Shown here: piece after piece, positions 1-16,335 of the stretch
How positions within the stretch are numbered: the stretch's first letter is position 1
How the letters are laid out: each line of letters opens with the position of its first letter
Origin: Eledone cirrhosa
Taxonomy: Eukaryota
Direction: 5' to 3'
Assembly (NCBI GenBank): GCA_964016885.1
Contig: OZ024757.1
Span: 38,378,001-38,442,000, forward strand
Length of the DNA stretch: 64,000 bases
Made by a program: the position numbers and the translations under genes
Notes under the pieces: generated by a model
The model's input: the letters and a program-made list of their open reading frames with translations, nothing else
The model's database searches: none
What the model was told of the DNA's origin: nothing

Positions 1-109
1 CAATAGAAGAGAATTTAACTATAACATGACAGAAAATAACATATATATACACACATATATATATTTATAAATATATATACCCTCATATGTGTGCTTGTAT
101 TTATTTATA

Positions 110-154
<45 letters not shown>

Positions 155-199
155 ACATTGTGTGTGTGTGTGTGTGTGTGTGTACAAGCATATATATAT

Positions 200-456
200 A
201 TATATATATATATAGAAGCATATATAAATATATATATACATATAAATGTTAAATATATATATATATATATACATATAAATGTTAAATATATATATATATA
301 TATACATATAAATGTTAAATATATATATATATATATACATATAAATGTTAAATATATATATATATATATACATATAAATGTTAAATATACATATAAGCAT
401 ATATAAATATATATATATATATATACATATTATAAATGTTAAATATACATATAAGC

Positions 457-489
<33 letters not shown>

Positions 490-520
490 CATATTATAAA
501 TGTTAAATATACATATAAGC

Positions 521-560
<40 letters not shown>

Positions 561-622
561 AATGTTAAATATACATATAAGCATCTATAAATATATATAT
601 ATATACATATTATAAATGTTAA
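200..622. repeat. Compound minisatellite, (TA)n-CAT(AT)TATAAATGTTAAA units
   Basis: AAATGTTAAA recurs about 9 times, separated by variable (TA)n runs; later units add TACATATAAGC. Confidence 0.9.
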
Positions 623-1020
623 CAATATTACGATCAATAGAATAACACCAATAACAACAGGAGTTGAGGATACTTCTGGATATTTATTACAAATGTTTTA
701 TGTTGTGTGTGTATGGGTGTGTGTATATATATATATATATATTTATTATTATTTCCTATATTCAGACAACATAACGTTCCTGTTGTTCAGTATCAGGGTG
801 GGGTGGAATTTGTGCCTGGTAATATATATTATATTTATATATAAATGAATGTATGGCTATATAAATACATGTGTGCGTTTTTGTGTGTATATATGCATAT
901 TTGTTTGTGTGTGTATATATACATAGATGAATATTCAAATGATGGGATTCTATAGATGTATATGTATGCATATAAATAAAGAGGGTGAGAGAGAGAGAAA
1001 GGAAAGAAAGAATGAGAGAT

Positions 1021-1053
<33 letters not shown>

Positions 1054-1516
1054 TATGTGTGTGTGTGTCTGTGTATACACACACACACACACAGGCGCGC
1101 GCACGCATTACATTTCTAGGACATGTGTAATAGTTTATGTGATTGCATGTGTAGTGTTGCGATGCATTCAAACGCATATAAAAACATTTTGTATTGCTGA
1201 AAGTCTTTCTCTGACTATATTTGTCAGCTGAAAGATATATTGGACAACGGCTGAAGGTGTTGTACAACACTCGAAATCATAAGGCAGCCATCTTGCCCTT
1301 AAGGCCAACAGCTATTAATCATAACTCATGCATCGTTATCCTTACATCAACAGGATATGATTTAGTACACATGAAAAGGTATTTGTGATTGAGGCGATAG
1401 TTTTAACAGAATGTTTGTAGCTTTCTCTACGTTTGTTGTAATATGATGCTGGTCTACACGAGCTTGTTGGCTTTCTTTTTCTATAAAAGGAAATCACTGT
1501 AAAGAATGATATACAG

Positions 1517-1632
1517 GCGGCCATGGTTCAGGAACGGCCATGGTTTTGCACCTAAAATGTTTCCCTGCCAGACACAAGCCTAGGCAAGGTTTGTTTGGGG
1601 AAGACCGGCAGTCGTCCCGTGAGTACCAGACT
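1517..1632 (-). mobile_element. Fragment of tRNA-derived SINE family C (same family as 43905-44150)
   Basis: ttgcacctaaaatgtttccc...cacaagcctaggcaaggtttgtttggggaagaccggcagtcgtccc aligns to 43945-44025; strand inferred from recalled consensus. Confidence 0.6.
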
Positions 1633-1719
1633 GTGATGTTGATGTTGACGCTGTTGATGTTGTAGGCGATGGCGATGACGAAGACATTGGTTAAGATGGC
1701 GATGATGATGGTCGTCCTA

Positions 1720-1752
1720 GTATATATATATATATACATGTACAAATATAAC

Positions 1753-1797
<45 letters not shown>

Positions 1798-1854
1798 GTT
1801 ATCCCCGACTCAACCCGGGACCTACGTATATATATATATATGTACAAATATAAT

Positions 1855-1903
<49 letters not shown>

Positions 1904-4472
1904 CATGTACAAATATAATGTATATATATATATATACAAATATAATGTATATATATACATGTACAAATATAATGTATATATATATATACATGTACAAATA
2001 TAATGTATATATATATATATATACATGTACAAATATAATGTATATATATATATATACATGTACAAATATAATGTATATATATATATACATGTACAAATAT
2101 AATGTATATATATACATACATGTACAAATATAATGTATATATATATATACAAATATAATGTATATATACATGTACAAATATAATGTATATATACATGTAC
2201 AAATATAATGTATATATACATGTACAAATATAATGTATATATATATATACATGTACAAATATAATGTATATATATATATATACAAATATAATGTATATAT
2301 ATATATACATGTACAAATATAATGTATATATATACATGTACAAATATAATGTATATATATATATATATACATGTACAAATATAATGTATATATATATATA
2401 TACATGTACAAATGTAATGTATATATATATATACATGTACAAATATAATGTATATATATATATACATGTACAAATATAATGTATATATATATATACAAAT
2501 ATAATGTATATATACATGTACAAATATAATGTATATATACATGTACAAATATAATGTATATATATATATACATGTACAAATATAATGTATATATATATAT
2601 ACATGTACAAATATAATGTATATATATATATACATGTACAAATATAATGTATATATATATATATACATGTACAAATATGTGTATATATATATATATACAT
2701 GTACAAATATGTGTATATATATATATATACATGTACAAATATGTGTATATATATATATATACATGTACAAATATGTGTATATATATATATATACATGTAC
2801 AAATATGTGTATATATATATATATACATGTACAAATATGTGTATATATATATATATACATGTACAAATATAATGTATATATATATATATATATATACATG
2901 TACAAATATAATGTATATATATATATATATATATACATGTACAAATATAATGTGTATATATATATATATATATACATGTACAAATATAATGTGTATATAT
3001 ATACATGTACAAATATAATGTATATATATATATATATACATGTACAAATATAATGTATATATATATATATATACATGTACAAATATAATGTATATATATA
3101 TATATATACACATGTACAAATATAATGTATATATATATATATATACACATGTACAAATATAATGTATATATATATATATATACACATGTACAAATATAAT
3201 GTATATATATATATACATGTACAAATATAATGTATATATATATATATACAAATATAATGTATATATATATATATATACAAATATAATGTATATATATATA
3301 TATATATGTACAAATATAATGTATATATATATATATGTACAAATATAATGTATATATATATATATGTACAAATATAATGTATATATATATATATGTACAA
3401 ATATAATGTATATATATATATATGTACAAATATAATGTATATATATATATATGTACAAATATAATGTATATATATATATATGTACAAATATAATGTATAT
3501 ATATATATATGTACAAATATAATGTATATATATATATATGTACAAATATAATGTATATATATATATATGTACAAATATAATATATATATATATATACACA
3601 TGTACAAATGTAGTATATATATATGCATGTACAAATGTGCATATATATATATATATATACATGTACAAATGTGTATATATATATATACATGTACAAATGT
3701 GTATATGTATATACATGTACAAATATAATGTATATATATATATATACATGTACAAATATAATGTATATATATACATATACATGTACAAATATAATGTATA
3801 TATATACATATACATGTACAAATATAATGTATATATATACATATACATGTACAAATATAATGTATATATATACATATACATGTACAAATATAATGTATAT
3901 ATATACATATACATGTACAAATATAATGTATATATATATACATATACATGTACAAATATAATGTATATATATACATACACATGTACAAATATAATGTATA
4001 TATATACATACACATGTACAAATATAATGTATATATATACATACACATGTACAAATATAATGTATATATATATATATATATATATACATGTACAAATATA
4101 ATGTATATATATACATACACATGTACAAATATAATGTATATATATATATATATATATACATACACATGTACAAATATAATGTATATATATATATATATAT
4201 ACATACACATGTACAAATATAATATATATATATATACATACACATGTACAAATATAATATATATATATATACATACACATGTACAAATATAATATATATA
4301 TATATACATACACATGTACAAATATAATATATATATATATACATACACATGTACAAATATAATATATATATATATACATACACATGTACAAATATAATAT
4401 ATATATATATACATACACATGTACAAATATAATATATATATATATATATATACATACACATGTACAAATATA

Positions 4473-4513
<41 letters not shown>

Positions 4514-4529
4514 CACATGTACAAATATA

Positions 4530-4566
<37 letters not shown>

Positions 4567-4577
4567 CACATGGACAA

Positions 4578-4626
<49 letters not shown>

Positions 4627-4715
4627 CACATGGACAAATATAATGTGTATGTATATATATATATATTATATACACGTACAAATATAATGTATATATGTAC
4701 AAATATATATACATA
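1720..4715. repeat. ~3-kb compound satellite, unit (TA)n-CATGTACAAATATAATG
   Basis: Roughly 100 copies of GTACAAAT with variable (TA)n spacers and blocks of variant units. Confidence 0.97.
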
Positions 4716-4720
4716 TATAT

Positions 4721-4906
4721 AATTGTTTCTCCTTTTGGCACAAGTCCAGCAATTAACCAGTGTATTACTGGTACTTTATTTTATCGACCCCCGTAAGGAT
4801 GAAAGGCAAAGTTAACCTCGGCGGGATTTGAACTCACCTCGTAAAGGGACGTAACTGTGCTGCAAAGCATGGCGTCCGACTCTCTACCGATACTGCCAAT
4901 CCACCG
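4721..4906 (-). mobile_element. SINE family A, near full-length young copy
   Basis: Reverse complement of ttggcagtatcggtagag...gagttcaaatcccgccgaggttaactttgcctttcatccttacggggtcgataaaataaagtaccagt...gctggccttgtgccaaaagtagaaacaattat, which recurs more than 15 times in the window. Confidence 0.92.
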
Positions 4907-5899
4907 ATATAATATACATACATATATATACACATGTACAAGTATAATGTAAAGATATACATACATATTTATGTACACACATGTACAAGTATAATGAACA
5001 AAAATATATATATACACACATGTACGAATATGTTAAAAAAAATATATATATATATATATCCACATGTAAAAATGTAATGTAAATATATATATATATACAC
5101 ACATCTACAAATATATCATATTTATCAAACATCATCATCATAGTTGTCGTCTTAGCCAATAACTTCATGACAATCGTATTCTACATCAACAGCACCAACA
5201 CCACCATCATCATAAGAACAATAACAACAAATTATCATCATCGTCAGCATCATAATAATAAAGCTTTCTGTCTCACAGACTTTGCGGATAGCAATAATGA
5301 TAATAATGCTGAAAATAATAATTAATAATAATATTAAATATTAAATAATAGAAACAAAGTAAAGTAAAGGTGGAGAGCTTTAGAGAAAGTTTTCTAATGA
5401 CGTATCAATCGTATATTTACACTAAATTTAATCTGATTAAGAAGGATTAGATATGATTTGTCAAAACCATAACAGAGTTATGTGAAAATGTAAAAAAATA
5501 ATTTAAAGTAAACAAACATTCAAAAGATATTTGAAACGTGCATTGTTAGTGGTCTTTTTACTATGACATAAAGTATTATAGAACTGTGTGTGTGTGTAGA
5601 CACGTATATATGTGTGTATACGACTTTTTATATATATACACGTCTGTGTGTACGTCTGTATGTATATATACAGTGTGTGTGTGTGTGTGTGTGTGTGTAT
5701 TTATATATATATAGATATGTGATGTGTGTGTGTGTGTCTCGTACTAAAGAAGTTACACTTGTAGTTACGCTTCCTGGCTCTAATCCCTTACAATAACGTA
5801 GTATATATAGCAATCATTTAGTTACTAAATATGAACCAGTGTTATATATATATATATATACACACCCACACACGCACAGACACACACACACACACACAG

Positions 5900-6070
5900 A
5901 GTTGGTTGCGCGTAGGACACCATGTTTTGCAGCATAGTTACGATCTTTATATTCCGAGTTCAAATTCCGCCGAAGTTAGATTTGCCTTTCATCCTAACGG
6001 GGTCTATCGATATATCACCAGTAAAATTGCTGGCCCTGTGCATGCCTGAAGTAGAAATTATTATTATTAT
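5900..6070 (+). mobile_element. SINE family A copy
   Basis: gcagcatagttacg...gagttcaaattccgccgaagttagatttgcctttcatcc...aattgctggccctgtg, ending in an (ATT)n tail. Confidence 0.85.
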
Positions 6071-6139
6071 TGGTGTCTTCGTTGTTATATTCGGTCAATC
6101 GTATATATGTGAAAGGATATATAATCTGTCTGGAGCTTC

Positions 6140-6290
6140 AATAGTTTGAAAGACATCCAACGTAAGGTCATCCCGTCTTCGTTTCTTGTATATTATTTCA
6201 TCCAGTTTGCAGTCAATTTCTTAAAGAAAAAAAATTGAGAGATATTTGGTTGGCAATTTCAGCAGGTCGAATAACCGGCTATCGTCTGCT
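6140..6290. mobile_element. Possible old interspersed-repeat fragment
   Basis: gagatatttggttggcaatttcagcaggtcgaataacc resembles a repeat recalled from octopus genomes; only one copy in this window. Confidence 0.3.
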
Positions 6291-6972
6291 GACGACTTGC
6301 CAAAATCTTAGTTAAACGTCTTAGAAACTGTAAAGTTTTATCTTCTTCCTACATCTATATCTACACCGTGTCATTTTAAATCAACAGTGACATTGTCTAA
6401 ACGAAGTTTTTAAAAATAGTAACCATACGTCACTCGCAAGCAACAAAGAAGCATTAATGAAATTAGGAGCTAAAAGCCTTAGTATATAAAATCATTACCA
6501 TAATATGTTTGAATAATGGTATTGATATATTTCTTACATTATTATTCCATTATGATTTAATTCTATGCTAGACTTATTAATTATTGTAACCTAAAATTTT
6601 TCCAACGTTATTCAACGGTCTAGTGAACATTATTTCTATAATGTTCCTTCCCAAAACATTTGCTATAATTAATTGCGTGACAAAACAGACGTTTAGATAT
6701 TTTGCCAATGAATTATATTTTCATAGGAATATTTTGTGAAAGTCGGCGTGGTAATGTATTAAGCAATGTATTAACCCATGAAGACATTTTAAAGCTTATT
6801 TGAGCCAAAAAGGTCTTAGAGTGTAATACTAAAAACACAAACGATTCGTTGAGTGAGTTACGTCTGCCAAGTGTATTGTTTCTTTGATCAATGTACGCTT
6901 CTCAGTTAGCCTCTACCATTATTTTATTACATACACTCACATATACATAAACACATAAATATATACATTCAC

Positions 6973-7007
<35 letters not shown>

Positions 7008-7082
7008 TATATACAAATGTGCATAGATATATACATACGAACATAGATATCACACACCCTCCTCCATACACACCTATGCAAT

Positions 7083-7115
<33 letters not shown>

Positions 7116-7122
7116 AGAGGTG

Positions 7123-7170
<48 letters not shown>

Positions 7171-7177
7171 AGAGGTG

Positions 7178-7234
<57 letters not shown>

Positions 7235-7479
7235 ATTTAGATGTGACAAGTAGTTATTTATCTCAAATATAACACTGCCAGTTTCAAGTTCGAAACAAAA
7301 TACAGTGTAAGATTATACATACATGCACACACGAACACCTACACAGAAATATATATATTATATATCATATACATTTTATATTCTGTATATAGTTCTGTAT
7401 ATAAGTATACATACTTCACACACTCGCATACATACACAAATGCATACATACATACATATGCATTTGTGTATAAATGCAT

Positions 7480-7525
<46 letters not shown>

Positions 7526-7560
7526 ATATTAAATGGAAACTATATTTATAAAACCATATT

Positions 7561-7626
7561 TATTTCATTATACATATTTCAAGGGCCACCAAGGCAATCT
7601 ATGGTGAGCTTTCATCAGATAAAATA
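7561..7626 (-). ncRNA. Type I hammerhead ribozyme motif (Penelope-like element relic)
   Basis: Minus strand reads TATTTTAT-CTGATGA-AAGCTCACCA(TAGATTGCCT)TGGTGGCCCTT-GAAA-T(ATGT)A-TA-ATGAAATA: core CUGAUGA/GAAA/UH with 8-bp stem I, imperfect stem II and minimal stem III. Confidence 0.75.
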
Positions 7627-7849
7627 TAATATAGGTTAGATTTATAAATAAATATTGACATACCATGACAAAATGCAACCATTCTGGTTGGAGTCTCCTG
7701 AATCTCCATTTGTTAATATATTGTATATTTACTCCAATAATTTGTTGAGTGCTTTATATCAGTTATAACAATATTTTGCTTGATGTATCCCAACAAATTA
7801 AATATAACCTACATATATATGTATATACGTGTGTGTGTGCGCGTGTTGT

Positions 7850-8150
7850 CTATATTTATACGAATACATTAATGAAAATGTGTGTGAGTTTGTTTGCGTG
7901 TCTCTGTATGTGTGCGTGTCTATATATGAATACGTTAAAGTAAATGTGTGTGTGTATGTTTGCGTATCTCTGTATGTGTGCGTGTGTCTATATATGAAAA
8001 CGTTAATGTAAATGTGTGTTTGTTTGCGTGTCTCTGTATGTGTGCGTGTGTCAATATATGAATACGTTAAAGTAAATGTGTGTGTGTATGTTTGCGTGTC
8101 TCTGTATGTGTGCGTGTGTCTATATATGAATACGTTAATGTAAATGTTTG
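7850..8150. repeat. ~60-bp minisatellite, about 5 copies
   Basis: Unit tttgcgtgtctctgtatgtgtgcgtgtgtctatatatgaatacgttaa(a/t)gtaaatgtgtg. Confidence 0.9.
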
Positions 8151-8761
8151 TGTTGTGTATGGAGGTGACAATTTGGATGTGGAGATGTACTCCATTTGTC
8201 TCCCAGACAATAAACCTAAAATCAAATACACGGAACAGATTTATTGAAATCTAAGGATAAAATTAACTTCGCCAATCTCTGGTAATGCTGGGATACGAGG
8301 GAATGAATAATGCTGGAATTACCAATATCCTTATCAGCTGAAGAATCGTAGAATCTGAAACCCAATATATAAATAGATCCACGAGACGTAAATATCTCTG
8401 CAACAGTCTCCACAATGTGTTAAATAGTATGACTGATATATTTTAGCTGGAATCTGTATAACATCCATATCTTTAGAGACATATACCACTGGCTTAAAAC
8501 TTTCGCTAAAATGAATCAAATTTCAGTAATGTAAAGATTAGAGCGTTTGTCACGTGACACTCGCAGTATTCTTCTTAACACTACCTAATATAGCATGAAC
8601 GTGCGTGACTTAGTGACTTCAGTGCAGGGTTGGATTTAATGAGGAACAAAGCTGCCTATGGCCCTAGAAACGCCGTATTTCAATACGTCACCACTTCGAT
8701 TTCACCAGGGGTTCAAATACCATTAAGGTCCCGTTCGATTTGCATTATTCGAGGCGACAAA

Positions 8762-8980
8762 AGAGCGGTGTATTGGCAGTATCGGTAGAGCGTCAGACAA
8801 CTTGCTTTGCAGCATAGAGTTACGACCATTTTTTTTATCTGAGTTCAAATGCCACCGATGTTAACTTTGCCTTTCATCCTTACGGTGGCGAAAAAATAAA
8901 GTACCAGTCATGCACTGGAATAGATTTAATCGATTTTCCCCCAAAATTGCTGGCCTTGTGCCTATATGAGAAACCATTAT
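8762..8980 (+). mobile_element. SINE family A, full-length copy
   Basis: gcggtgtattggcagtatcggtagagcgtcagac...ctgagttcaaatgccaccgatgttaactttgcctttcatcc...aattgctggccttgtgcctatatgagaaaccattat. Confidence 0.9.
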
Positions 8981-9441
8981 TTTAGATGTCAATAAAATGA
9001 CCTTGCTCTATTTACTCTCTCGTTTCATTCCGAGTTCAAATACTGCTGAGGACCCGTTTGAATTTTCAACCTGAAAATTCTTACTGATACACTACATTAA
9101 AAGAAGACAAACTCTTGTGTGATGGCAGTAAAGTTATGTTTAGTGGATTGCCAGAAATCTTCTCAAAGGAATTTAGATAAAATATATTCTTGGTAAGATG
9201 GATCTATAAACAGAATCCATTGCATCGTAATTTGTACGATCTGTCTTGATTAAAGAAGAAAGCAATTTAAAGCGGAAGATAGGCAAACAGAAAAGTTTGA
9301 GACCTGCACACGCACATGCACACGCACATACATACGCACATGCACACGCACATACATACGCACAGATATATATGGAGGAGTCGGGACCCCGACGTCTGAC
9401 CTCCTGCTGTTTCAACAGCTAATTCCGAAATTATATATATA

Positions 9442-9521
<80 letters not shown>

Positions 9522-9941
9522 CATACACAACCAAACACACGGAAATATGTATACATAGCAAGCCATATATTAATGTCATTACGTTTCCACGCTTTTGCTG
9601 AAGATTATTAATTTAATTCTTTTAAAATAATGTATCACTATAAACCAATGGCCTTAAGAATTCCTTGCTAATCTTGTTACAAGCTCTTAGCTGAATTCAC
9701 TAAATTTACTATATTATATAAAAATATATATATATATTATATATTTTTTTATTTATTAGATTCCTAAAACGATCTTTGATTGTAAAGAAACCTTCCTTGA
9801 GCTGACATATATAAATATATAAGTAAGATATCATTTAATAATAAATATAGGGCACTAAGAACTTAACTATCTCTTCCACGTAACTTCATTCTCAAGCCTA
9901 CGGCGAATTCAGAGACAGACATATATTCCTGATAACTTTAT

Positions 9942-10540
<599 letters not shown>

Positions 10541-10775
10541 CACTTACACACTCATTCCTTCTCATACTCATTCGCTAACATACAATTCACTTACTTACTC
10601 ACCTATACAGTCACACATACACACTCACTCACTCACTCACACGCATCCACAAAGACACACATACGTACACATTCACTCACAAACACAGGTATAAGGCCAG
10701 CAAATGCATCTAGATCAAACAAGTTGTCAATGTATATAGAGCAATGACATTTTATTCGACGCTATTCTAATTAGT

Positions 10776-11058
10776 GGAGGTACGTAGCCTAGTGGAAATG
10801 GTATTGGACTTACGATCATAATGTCCCGAGTTCAGTTCCTGCGCTGAGTTGCGTGTGGTGTTCTTGAGCAAAACATTTCATCTTCACGATGTTCCAGTAT
10901 ACTCAGCTGAAAATGTGTACCAACTACATCTCAGAGTTTACCCCTGCGATAGACCGGCGTCCGTCCTATCCAGGGCTGCCGTGTTCTATCAGTCGCTTCA
11001 CGCCATGAACAGGAATAAGCACTATTCTAACGAGCCCTCTGGCTTAAGACTGGTTTTA
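10776..11058 (+). mobile_element. tRNA-derived SINE family B with a V-domain-like body
   Basis: A box (tagcctagtgg), B-like box (gagttcagttcc), gtgttcttgagcaaaacatttcatcttcac, then ccctgcgatagaccggcgtcc...tcgcttcacgcc...ctctggcttaagac, shared with 40400-40540. Confidence 0.8.
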
Positions 11059-11701
11059 GATAGATTAGATCTATACTAATTAGGTCAAATACCAGGCTTT
11101 ATTCTCAACATATAGTACTTTAGTTTGTGCTGATAATAAAGACCAAGACTTTTATCATTGCTTTTGTATCTAATTCGAACTCGTTGTCAATAAATTCATG
11201 TCTCGTCTGGAGTTGAATTTAATAGTTATTTTCAACATTTACTGTACATTCTATCTGTATTCCTAATCATACCCAAGTGTAGCTAATTCCTTCTTGATGT
11301 TTTAGCAGATGTCACACAAAATGAATCAGATAACTATTGGAAAATTAGTGACAATATCACACATATAATAGTGTTTTCGAATGGAATATCTGTGTTTTAA
11401 AACCCATGTTAAGTTTGGGAATTTTTATCTATAGGTATTCAGTATGTTATGTGGAAGACAACAGAAATCAGCTGAGGGAATGAACATGTTATCTTTTTGT
11501 TATCTTCTATGCGAATAATCTTGTTTTGTCAATTCAAAACTCATTCATTTTAACAAAAGAAAACAAAAATCTATTTTCATTTTCTATGTAAAATAGCAAA
11601 TGATATTGTAAACAGTAATTCGTGATTGAAAACAGAACACATATGCATATATATACACACACACACGCATATGCATATATATACACACACACGCATATAC
11701 A

Positions 11702-11735
<34 letters not shown>

Positions 11736-13235
11736 GATATATATAGATATATATAGTGACGAAACATAAGTCAATTGCATGAACTCGTAATCCTTTATTT
11801 ACTGCTATATATATATTTCGATGATATATATACACACACACTAAAGTTGCCATGCATATATATCATGAAGTTAATAACACTGTGTACTATTAACTCCTTC
11901 GTTTGTTTGCCCTTTTCAAATATCTCTCTCTATATATAGAGGTGTGTGCGTGTGTACGGGTGTGTGTACGGGTGTGGAGGTATCTCTCTTTGTGTGTGTT
12001 CAAATTCAACAAGAAGCTACTAAGGGAACAATAGAGACAAATAATGATATATATGATTTTATAGCGAGATCGAGTGCGACGACTATCGTAACCTATCAGG
12101 CGTTGTGTATATATATTTGCATGTGTCTGTTTACGTGTTTGCAAGGTTTGTATGTGAGTGTTGGATTAACTACACGTTTCTATGTGTATATCCCACGATG
12201 CTATACAAATATTTGTGGGACAAGATAAGCCATACTATATCATTTCAATTCTCTTTGATCTATTTGTCTCTGATAGACAGCTTTTTCGACATTGGCTCCC
12301 ATCGTCCCTTTGAAGTGGATTAAATATATATGAGACAAAACTACCATTGTTGGTTATATCTACTACACATACAAGAAGGTGGTACCTAATTATGGCCAGG
12401 ATCCAATGACATCGGGCATTAAAATAACAAAATTCTTTAATATATATGGTCTATATTCTTTCAAGTTCCATCACGTTATATCTGAGTGTTTATTACTATT
12501 AGTCGTTTGATTACGGGATTACGGCCATGCTGTGGTAAAATGTTAACACAGTCTGCTTTCTAACGTGTTTCTCCGTTAATATATATATGTAAGTATACAT
12601 CATGTACATACGTTTGAATATGTCTAATATATATATTTATATATATCATATATGTATAATGTACATGTATAATGTACATGTATAATGTACATGTGTATAT
12701 GTACATGTGTATGTATGTATATATATATCATGTATGTATATGTCTAATATATATATATCATGTATGTGTCTAATATATATGTGTATATATATATATAGAT
12801 ATAATGTACTTGTGTGTGTATATATATATATAGTTGTATCAATTATATATATGTGTGTGTGTGTACACACACACACACTCACACACACACACACACTCTA
12901 TCCGAGCCCACCCACTCACAATAAACCACAAAAGCAGTTACACATTTAGGTCTCCTAGTAGATTTTTATATTAACAAATCGAAAACCTCTCTTCGTTCCA
13001 CAATTGTGTAGTTGTAATTTGCAGGAATACAGCATAAACCAACTTTATTCAATGCTATCTGTTAGTAATATGTCGACCTAACAAAATACTGACAATTCCT
13101 TCTTCTGCCTTTTCATATTCGCTAAAGTATTTTTTTTCTTTATTTTATAATACATTCTTATAATCTTTTATGTTCAGTTTTCTTTGTTGAAGGGATTTTT
13201 TTTCTCTCTAATCTGACCAAACTTATGTACGAATT

Positions 13236-13295
<60 letters not shown>

Positions 13296-13449
13296 GTCTG
13301 TGTGTGCGTGAAAGTATGTATAGATATATATATATATATAGATATATACATACAAATATATATATATCTATATATATATATACATTATATACGTATATCC
13401 ATTCACAATTACGCACTCACCCACTCACAGGTTTATGTATGTATATATA

Positions 13450-13488
<39 letters not shown>

Positions 13489-13839
13489 GGTGAAGTGTGT
13501 ATACAGGGAAGAAAAAAAGATTATCTTGAATCACTGATTGCATTTTATTATGAAAATAGTTTCTTCTGAACATCAAACGATCTCATAATAGATGCACATG
13601 GGAGCACACAAGTATTTGCATGCTCGCTCACCCACACATATATAAATATAAGTCGTTCTCTCTCTTGCTCTCTCTCTCTCTTGCTCTCTCTCGCTCTGTC
13701 AGTTCGCTCCCTATCTCCCCCTATCTCTCTCCCACCCTCTCTGTCTCGCTCTCCCTCTCTCTATTCCTCTCTCTCTTCCTGTGCCCCCCATATATATATG
13801 TATATATGTATTTATTCATTCGTAAATGTGTTCATATGC

Positions 13840-16124
13840 GTATGTTTGTGTATATATGTGTATATATATGTGTATATATATGTGTATATATGTGTGTATA
13901 TATGTGTGTATGTGTGTATATATGTGTGTATATATGTGTGTATATATGTGTATATGTGTATATATGTGTATATATGTGTGTATATATATATGTGTGTATA
14001 TATATGTGTGTGTATATATATGTGTGTGTATATATATGTGTGTGTATATATATGTGTGTATATATATGTGTGTGTATATATATGTGTGTATATATATATG
14101 TGTGTATATATATATGTGTGTATATATATATGTGTGTATATATATATGTGTGTATATATATATGTGTGTATATATATATGTGTGTATATATATATGTGTG
14201 TATATATATATGTGTGTATATATATATGTGTGTATATATATATGTGTGTATATATATATGTGTGTATATATATATGTGTGTATATATATATGTGTGTATA
14301 TATATATGTGTGTATATATATATGTGTGTATATATATATGTGTGTATATATATATGTGTGTATATATATATGTGTGTATATATATATGTGTGTATATATA
14401 TATGTGTGTATATATATATGTGTGTATATATATATGTGTGTATATATATATGTGTGTATATATATATGTGTGTATATATATATGTGTGTATATATATATG
14501 TGTGTATATATATATGTGTGTATATATATATGTGTGTATATATATATGTGTGTATATATATATGTGTGTGTATATATATATGTGTGTATATATATATGTG
14601 TGTATATATATATGTGTGTATATATATATGTGTGTATATATATATGTGTGTATATATATATGTGTGTATATATATATGTGTGTATATATATATGTGTGTA
14701 TATATATATGTGTGTATATATATATGTGTGTATATATATATGTGTGTATATATATATGTGTGTATATATGTATGTGTGTATATATGTATGTGTGTATATA
14801 TGTATGTGTGTATATATGTATGTGTGTATATATGTATGTGTGTATATATGTATGTGTGTATATATATGTGTGTGTGTATATATGTGTGTATGTATATATG
14901 TGTGTGTGTATATATGTGTGTGTGTATATATGTGTGTATGTATATATGTGTGTATGTATATATGTGTGTATGTATATATGTGTGTATGTATATATGTGTG
15001 TATGTATATATGTGTGTATGTATATATGTGTGTATGTATATATGTGTGTGTATATATGTGTGTGTATATATGTGTGTGTATATATGTGTGTGTATATATA
15101 TGTGTGTGTATATATATGTGTGTGTATATATATGTGTGTGTATATATATGTGTGTGTATATATGTGTGTGTATATATATGTGTGTGTATATATATGTGTG
15201 TGTATATATATGTGTGTGTATATATATGTGTGTGTATATATATGTGTGTGTATATATGTGTGTGTGTATATATGTGTGTGTGTATATATGTGTGTGTGTA
15301 TATATGTGTGTGTGTATATATATGTGTGTGTGTATATATATGTGTGTGTGTATATATATGTGTGTGTGTATATATATGTGTGTGTGTATATATATGTGTG
15401 TGTGTATATATATGTGTGTGTGTATATATATATATGTGTGTATATATATATATATGTGTATATATATATATATGTGTATATATATATATATATATGTGTA
15501 TATATATATATATATATGTGTATATATATATATATATATGTGTATATATATATATATATATGTGTATATATATATATATATATGTGTATATATATATATA
15601 TATATGTGTATATATATATATATATATGTGTATATATATATATATATATGTGTATATATATATATATGTGTATATATATATATATGTGTGTGTGTATATA
15701 TATGTGTGTGTGTATATATATATGTGTGTGTGTATATATATGTGTGTGTATATATATATGTGTGTGTATATATATGTGTGTGTATATATATGTGTGTGTA
15801 TATATATATGTGTGTGTATATATATATGTGTGTATATATATATATGTGTGTATATATATATGTGTGTATATATATATGTGTGTGTATATATATGTGTGTG
15901 TATATATATATGTGTGTGTATATATATATGTGTGTGTATATATATATGTGTGTGTATATATGTGTGTGTATATATATATGTGTGTGTATATATATATGTG
16001 TGTGTATATATATGTGTGTGTATATATATGTGTGTGTATATATATGTGTGTGTATATATATGTGTATATATGTGTGTGTGTATATATATGTGTATATATG
16101 TGTGTGTGTATATATATATGTGTG

Positions 16125-16157
<33 letters not shown>

Positions 16158-16240
16158 GTGTATATATATATATATATATGTGTGTATATATATATATATG
16201 TGTGTATATATATATGTGTGTATGTATATATATATATGTG

Positions 16241-16273
<33 letters not shown>

Positions 16274-16304
16274 GTGTGTATATATATATATGTGTGTATA
16301 TATA

Positions 16305-16335
<31 letters not shown>

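Noticed and set aside
8160-8520. Short minus-strand ORFs with LILSLDFNKS, faintly like an RT motif
   Set aside because: No other RT motifs and no clear splice sites; similarity too weak to call.
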